Source of the DNA: Tubiluchus corallicola
Lineage: Eukaryota > Animalia > Priapulida
NCBI GenBank assembly: GCA_030141605.1
Contig: JAQGDQ010000020.1
Span: 496,001 to 560,000 of the forward strand
Length of the DNA: 64,000 nucleotides
Direction: 5' to 3'
The translations under genes and the position numbers were made by a program. Shown here one piece after another: positions 1 to 11,292 of this stretch (its first letter is position 1; each line of letters opens with the position of its first letter). The notes beneath the pieces are model-generated. The model searched no databases, had not been told where the DNA came from, and worked only from the letters and a program-made list of their open reading frames with translations.

Positions 1-590
1 AGTGGATGTCAGTTTTGGACTAGCTAGTTGTTTTTTACGTATAACTAAAACAAATACCATTTAGTTGTTTTTAAAATAGTGAACAAAATACATTTTTAAG
101 CACTAATTAACTGTGGGTACTGTGCTGCACATCGCTATGTTTCTCCTTCTCTTTTCTTCTTTCTCTAGTGAAGAAAGATCCGTTCTGATTTGTTCAACAC
201 TTGGTCACTTGTTATAGTCCTTGCTTGGTAGTAAATTCCATTTTCCGTACGAGCTACTTGCTTTACGGCGCACCAGTATTTCAGATCAGACCTATGACTG
301 CCTATCTTTTGCAAACGAAGCCATACAGTTATGTCAATTAAAACTTAACCTCTGCTTTGAACTGCAGCCTGAAGTGTCGTTCACTACGCTGCTTTCGGTC
401 TTCTACAAGCAAAGAAGTAGGCTCCGCTGCAGTGTGTTTGAAATGAAATATTGCATTGGGTGAATGGCGAAAAGTAGTGTGGTCATCCGCATCCACAACA
501 TTTCAGCCTGCAGTTTCAAAGAGAAGTTCACACTTTTTTGTCTAAGTCGTTTCTTATAAAGCTTTACATTTTCAGAATAGAACAGAGAGA

Positions 591-3500
591 ATGTTAGATC
601 CAAAAGCACGCAGCGCTTCACGGTTTTACACGGAGTATCTTTATCCAAGCCTGACGGCCGTTTTAAAAAGAAGTCCAGACGTAAAACATCACATGGATGA
701 ATACGAAACACTGGATGCTACTATACAGGTCATCCAAAGGTTCATGACACAAGAAGAAATTGTTCTGGCATCTTGCACATTCTGCAAAGAGCTGATCCTT
801 AATGAAGACAATACGATAGACAATCGTTTTGCATCTTACCTGATAGACAAATCTAAACTGGAATTTTTTATCAAAGTAGCTGTAAAATACTCAAAGGGTC
901 ACATGGAAAATCTTCAAGTCCTGGTGACCAGCCTCGTGATAGTAGTTGCTCTCTGCGATGCACCAGAAGGTTTCAAGTGGCTCCAGAACAACTATCACAA
1001 GTTGAAACCATTTCTTACGACTTTTGAACGAATGTATTGCATTTCACACAAAGAAGATGAAAAGGCACACATTAAGAGGCTGTGGGAAGCCTTTGAAGCA
1101 AAGTTTAACGAAGTCGAGCAACAATTGGCTGCTGTTCATGAGAACGAGTTATTAAAATCCGAAGAGCGCGATAAGGCCAGAAAAGCCAGGAAGCGTGAAA
1201 AAAAGCGACGTCACCGAGAAAATTCAAAAAAACTAGATGGCAGTTACAGCTCCACTAGATCGAATGGAAGATTAGGAAATGAAGGAGACAGTGATGACGT
1301 AAACGAAATGCCGCATAATCAGCTTGAGGCAAAAAATAAATCCCCAGATGTCAAAAAATCAGAAACAACAAGTCCTTATAACGAAGACAGTGCCACAGAT
1401 AAGATGTCCAAAATCAAGAAGAAACCAAAACAATCTCAATGTAAGCTTAAACATGGCCAAGACGGAACAATTGAGGTTGAGAAATTATGGGAAGATAAAA
1501 AGCTCAAGGGAGATAAGGACAAAAATTCCAAATCATCTACTGATGAAACTATTTATGATGATTACACGAAGGGTTTAAATCATGGTTTTGCTTATCCGGT
1601 TGATGTTGGTGATAGATTTGAGGTTGTGGAAAAAGCAAAGAAAAAGACAAAGCATATAAAAAATTCAGAAGAAGAATTAAACCCTTGGCTTGCTTTTACA
1701 GATTCTGACTACCTGCTACCAAAAAACGTGAAAATAAGCAGAATCGAGATAGAGGATTTCATAAAGTGGACTGCTACAGAGAAAACCGCAACTGCTTTGC
1801 AACATGCAGAAGCAAAACATCCATCTTCTACCTTTTTAGCTATGTCACAGGATAACAAGAGCACATGTAGTCCACAAAAAGCGCAGAATGAAGTATCAAA
1901 AGTAATTAAACCAGGTAATGTAATAAAACCAAAAACAGGAGTAAAAGGGCAGGGTGAATCAAGCAAGCCACGAGAAACTCAAACCAAAACAACGCCTACC
2001 AAACACCGTACACACTCTGATTATGGAAGCAAGCAACTCTTCGTTTGGGAGCAGACAACTCAGCAACAACCAGTTGGCATGTACTATGACGTTAATGATG
2101 TGCCATCAAGAAAAAGACTGGATTTGCCAAACGGAAAATGTGTAGCAAAATCAGCACCAGTAAGTCCTCAGAAGACATTTAAAAAAACTACAAGTAATTC
2201 AGATAAGAATGTTCACATCAGCAGTGAAGAAACTAATAAGACAATGACGGAAGACCATTCCAGTGAATTACAGCAAAAGGAACATTTCACTGACGATAAT
2301 TCATATAGAAACAACGAATCATCACAGATTACAACAAGCAGTGACTTTGCGAATCATCTCTGTGATAGAAAGGAAAAGCATGCTGATAAAGTCATTGTGG
2401 AAAATGCAACATCTACAACATCGACGTCTGAAAGTTATTACACTGCAAATGATGAATCAGAAGGCGACGATCCTTTAACAGATGGCAGCAGTAATGACAC
2501 GTCAATTTTGGAAAGCTTATTCAACACTAATGAAAACAATGAAAGCGGTAACGACCATGATCATGACAATGAGGAATGCAGTTGTAACCAATTACTAACA
2601 TTAGCTAACGTAAAAGAAATTTTGTGTTTGGATTTTATTTTTACCTTGCACCTGATCTCCAACAAAGATGAAATTGAACCTGTGAATCAAAATACTACGT
2701 CATATAGAATCAATTTGCCATCTGAAGTTGTTCAGTGGAATGACAATGATAATGGTACTGAAGACGATTGTGCTGAGTTCCTCCCAAGGCAATTAAAAGC
2801 AAAAAAACTGGAAGAGGACAAGCAAGATAATGGGATTGTGAAATATGAAGAAAATACTGAAATTATAAGTGTTAATAATAATAATATTTCCTGTGAACAT
2901 GTGGAAGCCGACACGCCAAAAAATGAAATTACACCAAAATCCTCAGAAACAGTGGTTTTTGAGAACCAGCAAATGCCAGTCGTATCTGACGTGAACCAGG
3001 GTATACAATCTGATGTAATTCACATAGCAAATGATAATGCCAACATTACACAAGCTGATATTACCAACGTATGGAAAACACTTGATGGCTTTGATGATCA
3101 CTGGTCACGCCCTTTATTGAAAATTTTCAAAAGTTCTGAGTCACACATATTGTCTCGTTCTTCAGTTAACAATATGGCTGTTTCACCAGAAAAAGATCCC
3201 GTTAGAGATGAAATAAAAAGGGGAATGATCAACAATTGGATTCAAGAAGTTGTTACTGCTCGTTCACAGTCTTGCTTAATACAACCTTTGACACAATCTG
3301 ATGAATCTTTTTCAGTAGAATCAAATGAGTCTGATATTTCGGGGCAAACATCTACAGTTCAATCTCCAGAAAGAACTGTAAGTGTTGGGAAATCACTCAC
3401 AAACACAAATAGTGATGAAAGTCAAAATTTGAGTGACAGCTCAAGTTTTAATTATGATCAGATAGATAGGGAGTTGGAATCATCACTAAATCACGTTAGA

Positions 3501-6136
3501 ACACCAGAATTATCAACCAGTGAAGAAAACTGCTCAAACAAAAACACAGGCAGTCAAATTGTTCTTAGAAATGCCGATACAACACCTACATCTTCCAATG
3601 AAGCAGGGTTATCATCCAAACCATCCGAAAGCTTTCAGGCTTGCACTTCAAAAATTCAGAATCTGCCGTCTGGGCCAGAATGGTGTTCTACATGTTCCGA
3701 AAGTAATTCTCACAACATAATCCAGTCTCTTGTTCCTCTGGCTGCACAAAGTAATTTTAACTGGCAGGAAACATTGCTAAACTCAAATTCCACTTCTGTG
3801 GGATGCAATGTCAGTACAGTGCCACATGACAATCCCAATCTTAGTAACCAATGTCAAATCCCATGTCCACCAGGTATTAATCACATGGTTAGACCACCGC
3901 CTTTTGTTCAATACTGGAGGATGCCCCCACCCCCTGGTTTTTTTCCAACACTGCCTCAGGTTGCTATTCAGCAACTCTGGAGCAATTTTCCTGGTTCAAT
4001 GCCTCCTTGGAACAAAAATCACATGCCACTTTCCAGTGGCAATGCTCCTATGGTAATTCCTCCACCAGGAATTGAATTTCAGCAGGAAACTATAACCGTG
4101 CCTCAATCAGAAAAACCATTTCGTCAACCAGGTGTTTTATCCTCAACCAATAGGAATCATCTGGTGTACTTACCAAAAAATGCTGACGTTGTGGTTGAAA
4201 TGAGGAAAAACGAATGTCCAACAGTCAAACAGAAACCAACTGCTCAAGTGCTTCCTCAGATGTCTACACCCGCAGAAATATTTGCACAGCAGGATAATGG
4301 ATTCAATTTCACATCTTCTTCTAGCAGCACAAATTCGGTGGGATTTAATGAAGCTGTTTCACACGCATCAGATGTAAATCTTTCCATGTCACAAGCCACA
4401 AGTAGTTATGGTCGTGGGTATGATTTGCAACAATGGAATATAGGAAATCTCAGACCACCAAATAGTACCTACAACGGTGACAGGTACAATAACATTCAAC
4501 AAAATGATTTTGACGATACTGATTGCATGTCCTCTAGTTCCTTAATTAGTATATCAACAGAACCTGCAGTAGATAACCTGGTCCATGCTAGCCAAAGACA
4601 AGGCGTACAGATGAGCACTCCTGGAGAAATGCTGTTTCAGAAAGACTTGCACAATTGTGACGGTAGCATTTCCAATGGAAACTGGAAGAGTCGTAGCAAG
4701 CGTTGGAATGACAAATTTAGAAAGTTAGCCTCAATGCATGCCAGTGATCTAATCACGAAGGGAACCATACGATTTTGTTACTCCGATGAGTTCTTTATTG
4801 GAAAGAGGTAAATATAATTTTTGAGCTGCATCTTTTTGAGATCAAATCTCGAACCACTACATGTTCAGGAAGTTTCTGGAACGGTTACATTACAGCTGCA
4901 AAAAATTAACTTTTTTTAGATCAGTTGACGGAGGTGGCGTTTTGCTTGGCATTAATGAAGATGGAACCGAGTTAGCATTGAAGTTCATTTGCAAGAACAA
5001 ACTTCAACAGTTTCGAAACATCGTGTCCAGATTTCGTTTATGGAGCTTAAATGATCAACACATCCTGAAGATAGATGTAAGAAGTGGCGTTAGAAGTTTT
5101 TTTTATCTTAACGCGTTTTTTATTTTAATCTAAATTTTAATAATTTATTTTTTATTAGGGTCTTTTGGAAACCAGAGAAGGAGGTTTTTTGCCCATGGAG
5201 TTGTGTGAGTATAACTTATATAGCTATTTGCAAGCTATAAGGCAGAAACCGTGCAGTGAGAATTTTAACAAGATCTTGGTTTACCAGCTTTTCCGAGGTG
5301 TAAGTTATCTACATTCACAAAAGCCAGGTCCTATACTCCATGGTGGTTTGAAGCCTAGCAATGTCCTACTTGACGAGTCAGGTATGTTACGGTTGGCAGA
5401 CACTGGAATTAGCCTTTTTCTTCAGTCAGACAACTCAACTGTTTCAGACGAAGTGTGGTCGAACAGTAACTACTGGAAGCCCCCGGAATGTATTAGAATC
5501 GCCGAGCCAGTTGCCAACTACAGTGCAAAATCGGACGTCTTCATCTCAGGAATGCTTTCGTACTTTATTCTAACCGGTGGAGAACATCCATTTGGTAGCA
5601 ATTGTTTAGAATGCGAGGCGAATGTTAATGCGGGAACGCCATTTCTGAGGTTCATAAATGCGGAATACAATGATATGGTGATTTGGATGTTGCAGCGAAA
5701 CCCTATGGACAGGCCAACGATAGCACAAGTTCTAGCGCATCCTTATTTCTGGACTACTAAACAACGCAATCGCTTTCTCGGGGCGTTGTGTCAAGAAATG
5801 AAACGATGCAAAGGCAGTGGAGATCTGGTACCTCTCGAACTTGAGCAAGCGTTTGCTAGGTCGACCTGTGGAAATTGGACACAAATGGTAAACAACTGCC
5901 TCTGGCAAGAAATCCCTGGAACAACGATGCCTTATAGGAATACATTTGCTGATTTCATTCGATTTGGCAGAAACCTGATTAAGTACTACAATGGTTTAAG
6001 CAGCGTGGCACAAACGATTATAAGAGACCCCGAGAGTTACATATCTACACGATTTCCTCTGGTCGTTATTTACATGTACAACACGTTACGGTTTAGTCAG
6101 TGGAGAGCAAAATGTCACTTTTCAATGTTTTTCTAA
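591..6136 (+). CDS. Cytosolic IRE1/RNase L-like (pseudo)kinase-KEN protein with long disordered region; 3 coding exons, ~1783 aa (5' end may extend upstream)
   Basis: Exons 591-4807, 4920-5076 and 5159-6136 join via GT-AG introns in phases 2 and 0 (5352 nt). The junctions rebuild FIGKR|SVDGGGVLLGINEDGTELALK...LKID|GLLETREGGFLPMELCEYNL. The kinase fold shows HGGLKPSNVLL, LADTG, KSDVFISGMLSYFILTGGEHPFG and DRPTIAQVLAHPYFW, followed by KEN-like YRNTFADFIRFGRNLIKYY...YISTRFP. A ttttcag acceptor at 574-575 with an open frame up to the ATG means an upstream exon is possible. Confidence 0.9.
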
Positions 6137-6689
6137 AAGATCAAGAGGGATAAGGTGGTTACGTAGGTACCAATATTGGATTGTACGAGTGGACAAAGCT
6201 TTAGAGTTTTTATAGGAAACTTTCTGTTGTTATCTTAACTACGTAATCTTGTAATTTCAAAAACTTGTTAGAAAACGATATTACTCATCATGAATTTAAA
6301 CTGAAATTTATTCAATCCAGTCAAATTTATTATTTGTTTTTGTATACAGCAGCATGCTGATTATAAATAAAGGAGAAATAAATAACTGAGACTATTAAAT
6401 CATTGTTAACATGTTTTAGTTAATATTAGATACTCGTCGTTGGTTATGTTATCAGCAGCTACTATTCGTAATTTACTATTCCTGCTACGTGGCTTCAGTT
6501 CACTGGACTTTGTAGGTGGGAGTATTTGGCGCGTTTCACAAGGCAGGAAAAATGTATTATTGCACTGTGGCATCTGTTTCCTTCTGGCACAATTCAGAGA
6601 AATCTGTAAGTCTTATTATTATTATTATATTCCGAACATCACCACACAAAACCAGAACGCTCAATTCCAAACTACGCCATAATTTTTTA

Positions 6690-7560
6690 TTCCAATAGTA
6701 TACCATAATAGTTACACCAATTGAACAGCAAAGCAAATAATGTTATCTACATTAAACCACCGCTCTACTGCACATCAAGTCAAATTCAATCCATTAAACT
6801 CAACTTTTTCATACTGCTTTACATAGTACTAAAACCAACGAAAATGTCACATTCGTCAGCTGTTAAAAACCGGAAAGAACACAATACAACTTAATCCAAT
6901 GTCATCCTAAATCAAACAGAGACTATCAAAAATGGACTACAATCCTATTACGTGTTAGCACCGCAAGTTATCACGTAACATGATAAAATAACCTCAAACT
7001 CAAACAGCTACACGGAATTATAGCTGAATGATAAACCACTTTAGTCTATTAATTAACAGTACAAATTTAACAAGAAAAGATACAGGCTTATATCGAATTA
7101 ATATACTGTTACACTACTGTTAACGGTAGGCCAACTGATCTGTATTGAAGCAGCGTCCTTCCGCTGTGTGACTTGCAAGGAAAATTTTATTGCGCACCAA
7201 TAACGAACAAATGTTTGACAGTCCACTAGGTATAATGTTCTAGCACCAACACACGACAGCTGTGTCCCATAAACTTTACTAACAACTTCAACAAAATGGC
7301 TACCAATACCCATCATCCATCCAGACCGTATATGTTCTTCATAGACAACCATATCAAGTCCAGAACACCAATTACAATAAGAAGTCAGCTGCTTCAAGAG
7401 AGAGGTAGATGTTTTCAGCACAGAGTTTATCCAAGAAATAACGCAGGTCTGGGAAAATTCCCAATGCATAACACCTGGGGTGCGCAGAAAGTTTCTTACG
7501 GCACGTATCTGCTAATATCTCGCAAACATCTGTTGTCTTGGGGTTGTGTTGTTTGCTAAA
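6690..7560 (-). mobile_element. Highly decayed non-LTR retrotransposon RT fragment (Rex-Babar/L2-like)
   Basis: Minus-strand pieces in different frames (TTDVCEILADTCRKKL...YALGIFPDL; GIGSHFVEVVSKVYGTQLSCVGARTLYLVDC...IKFS) resemble consecutive LINE RT motifs, with frameshifts and stops. Confidence 0.55.
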
Positions 7561-7749
7561 TTACTAAGTCGCGACGGACGCAGCAGAAAACGAAAAACAA
7601 GTTTGTTACGACACACTAAAAGTACTTACTTATCACAGATAATAACGACATTGTTATAACACAACTAATATAATTACTTAATTACGTAATTAATTAATTT
7701 ACGTTAATAATATAATTAATGTACAAGACAAAGCTAACAAATAAAACCT

Positions 7750-8640
7750 ATACATGAGAGGTCCATATACCTCTAACACTATGGTAATTTTGTACTTTGG
7801 AATGAATGTATCTGGCCGGATGTGGCAGACCTGGTCTAAGAGCTATCTAAGAAATGATTGGGTTCAGCTAGGATTTTTAACTAGCGTTAACTAACATCGA
7901 TATATTTGCATTTTATAGTATATTTACAAGTAGATAGAACGGGCCAATCAGAGACTAAGAAAATGTTTACTTGTGGCTATTTTTGACTAGAATATCAGTT
8001 TTTTAAAATGACACTTAGGCAGAACACTATACTTTCTGGCAGGTAATAAGTATACTATTTGAGGAATGATGTGCCTACATTAGAAATATAATAAACTACT
8101 TTTCGCTACATCATCACATTTTAATCGTCATATCACATAACTTTGATTATGCTAGTTACATAATTATTAAAAATCGTCTTGTAATGAACGATTCTTGCTA
8201 TGACAGTAAAAAAACAGGTTGCTTTAAAGGCCTTGTTTCTAAGGAGTGGGAACATCCTATAATAAATATCAGTGTAAAAAAGAATGAAGCCAGAAAACAT
8301 GAAATGTTAACAAATAGATTTATTTTGAAATTTACACAGTTGAATTCTGATTTGTTTTCTCGCAACATAACAGATAGCCGAATATGTTCTAGTAATAGTT
8401 TCGTTGAAAATTAAGTACATTACTTTTTTGAATGTACACGTTATGCAAATGAGTGCAATATTTTCCTAAATGAATTGCTTCGTTAGTCACGAGCAAATTG
8501 TAAATTTTAGTCATAAATCTATGTTTAATTCAGTGATGAATTTTTTAAACTGTTGCAATATGGTTCTATTTACAATAGTTCAAGATTTAGTTAATATCAA
8601 CCAAAGGTTCAAGTAAAAATAAATATTGAGTAAGAATAAA
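7750..8640 (+). mobile_element. Decayed CR1-group LINE ORF2 3' end
   Basis: 8184-8480 reads RKHEMLTNRFILKFTQLNSDLFSRNITDSRICSSNSFVEN*VHYFFECTRY, resembling the C-terminal CxC...E...HxxxxC region of CR1-group ORF2. An A-rich tail lies near 8620-8650. Boundaries are approximate. Confidence 0.55.
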
Positions 8641-8655
8641 TAAATAAGACTATTG

Positions 8656-9172
8656 CTAAATAAGAACAACATTGCTATTGTTCTTGCAGATTAGAACTTG
8701 CACTTATTTTGACGTGAATTCATGTACTGTGCCTATAGCAGTAGCAAATTTTTATTTTACCAAAATATTCTTGCGCGCCAGCTGGAATACATATATATAA
8801 TCTTTATTTGTTTAAAGTGGATTAACAAAACAGTAGTACCTGATTCAAGTCTCTCCACAGTGCAGGTGCAAGTGAGTCAGTGCATTAAAACATCAGTGCT
8901 AATATAACATCGATAAGATTTTCAAGCAAATAATATAAATTAGGCATGCTTATATCAGTTTGACATAATATATATCATCTGGGCATTAAACAATCCAGTA
9001 GATCATCTAAATTAACCACTTCACTGCTGTGCAATTTGTATTCCAGCTGGCGCGCAAGAATATTTTGGTAAAATAAAAATTTGCTACTGCTATAGGCACA
9101 GTACATGAATTCACGTCAAAATAAGTGCAAGTTCTAATCTGCAAGAACAATAGCAATGTTGTTCTTATTTAG
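8656..9172. repeat. Perfect 136-bp inverted repeat with 245-bp spacer
   Basis: 8656-8791 is the exact reverse complement of 9037-9172 by visual comparison; no TSD seen. Confidence 0.92.
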
Positions 9173-9925
9173 TTTATATATATATAAACAGGTTGCTTAT
9201 TATTGATATCATCTTCCGTATTTCGATAGTGCCCTTGTTGTCACATATACACTTTTCATGAGCAATTACCAATTTGCCATATCTTAAGATATAATCGTAT
9301 CTGTTTTTGATTATTTGTGATAACTAAGCAAAATAATTTTTAGTTTGCGCATGTCGTTAATTCTGTTAATGGCGCAGGTGTCCTATTTATTTCTGGCGAA
9401 CATTTTACAAACATTACAATCGAAATTTCGAGTTAATTACCACATTTGCGCGCTCCTCTGCTGAACTGAAACGTAGACTGGATTATAGCATTGCTCAGGA
9501 ACGGGCTTCAGTGAAAAGCAACATCAGGGAAGATGGCTTCATAAAGCGATCCACTCATGCAGTAATCTTGTGGTGAGACTAAAACAGGCTAGTATTATTT
9601 TTTGGCGTTAAGCTGAAATCTTTGTTTAAATGCAGTAATTATGACGCTTGATATTAGGCAACAATTTTTTACTTAGATATTGTCTTCATTAAATGTAAAT
9701 GTAAACATGGGCGTTAAACAAGGTGCAATTTTTAACATTGTTTTATAAGGACAAGATGATTTTATTTTGAAGCGCTGAACGAATGTTTCTGAAGCGTCTT
9801 AAAAATGTTGTCGTCTATTGGCCTAAAATTCTAATAACCCAAACTGTGCATAATGACTGTAAATATGTATTGGCAGTTCTGGACATATATACGGAATATA
9901 AACAGTGAAATCACTTGTTGCTAAC

Positions 9926-11223
9926 ATGTTTGAGAAGCTGGATCAGGAATCAGTGTGCACCGTTCTGCAGTTAAACGCTTTAAATAATACAAGTAAGTTT
10001 TTATTTATATAGGCCTATTGCTGATTATAGTTATTACATATTAATCTTATAATTATTTTGGTTTACAGCCTTTTAGGGTTTATATGCATTTACCTGTCTG
10101 TCTCCTGTCAATTATGTTATCAGTTCCCTCTAACCTGTTCATCAATTTCTATTACGCTCCTCGACGGGTTAAATGTATATGCATTTTTACTGTAAAGGAT
10201 TAATTTCAAAAATAATTCATGCTCGTTAATTATAAACAAAATTGAAGAAATTGACGATGCTGCTTTAATATGTATCAGGGCTGGATTAACATTAAGCAAA
10301 AAAGTAAGCACGTGGTTAAGGCATGTCCAAATAAACCTACTGTATAAGTTTTCTTTTATTTCAGAAAGTGAAATGTTTATTTTATGGTTAACCGAGTATT
10401 CTTTAAATTAAAAATAATTATGTTGGCAACGAAATTTTTCTAGTGCTTATGCTTACGGCCTCTACATTTTAGGGCATCTATCGATCTTAATTCGTAGCTG
10501 ATGCTTAAGGTTATCTCAGAACAAATTATATCCGCATGACTGGTAAATGACTATTGCTTTACAGTTTGTTGTGGATTATTAAATTTTAGAGTTTTTTAGT
10601 TCGGAAACCTAAGGAAGTCTTCACAAGATGCCTGATAATAATTATTAGTCAAGCTAATGCCGTAACAATCAGGTCTGCAAGTTACGAGCACTGATAGCCA
10701 TTCGTGCTCTATACATGTGCATGAGTGCCTAGGCGTAACAGACTATTCAACATCAAAAATTCAATGAGATGCATAGGATGAATAAAGAAGATTGCTTTTA
10801 CGATAGCGTTTTACATTATTTCAACGAAAAATGCATACGTTTATGAAAAATGGTCTTGGTTCGATGCTGAAGCATCAAGACTGGGTTTCTTTATTTGATT
10901 CTTACATCCTGAGGGAGATGTCATCATAAACACTGAGGATGCTCACTCTGCACTCTGTGTTTAATCAGATGCTTTTGTGCAGATCGATTCGTACTTAGAA
11001 GCATGTCATTAAGTTAGCAAAGTCTTGATCAAATCTAAAGATGATATCAAACCCACTGAGGCTTTAACGAGTTGCTTGATCTTGAAGTTTTTTTAATTAG
11101 ACAAACTATTAATTAAATTGCTAAATTACTCGGTGTTCACTCTCTCATTTAACCTGCAACAGAAAATATAATGCAAACAAAACGCAACCAAATGCGATGC
11201 CACCCATGCAATGCAGTGCACTC

Positions 11224-11292
<69 letters not shown>

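Noticed and set aside
160-530. Possible upstream coding exons for the kinase-KEN gene (ORFs 221-463 + and 403-711 -)
   Set aside because: Every frame I tried hit stops or lacked a phase-compatible donor, and there were no recognisable motifs. May be UTR.
7370-7555. Cys-containing minus-strand segment (TTDVCEILADTCRKKL...DKLCAE) that looked like a peptide-hormone exon next to the GPCR
   Set aside because: Better explained as part of a decayed LINE RT; adjacent frames continue with further RT-like motifs.
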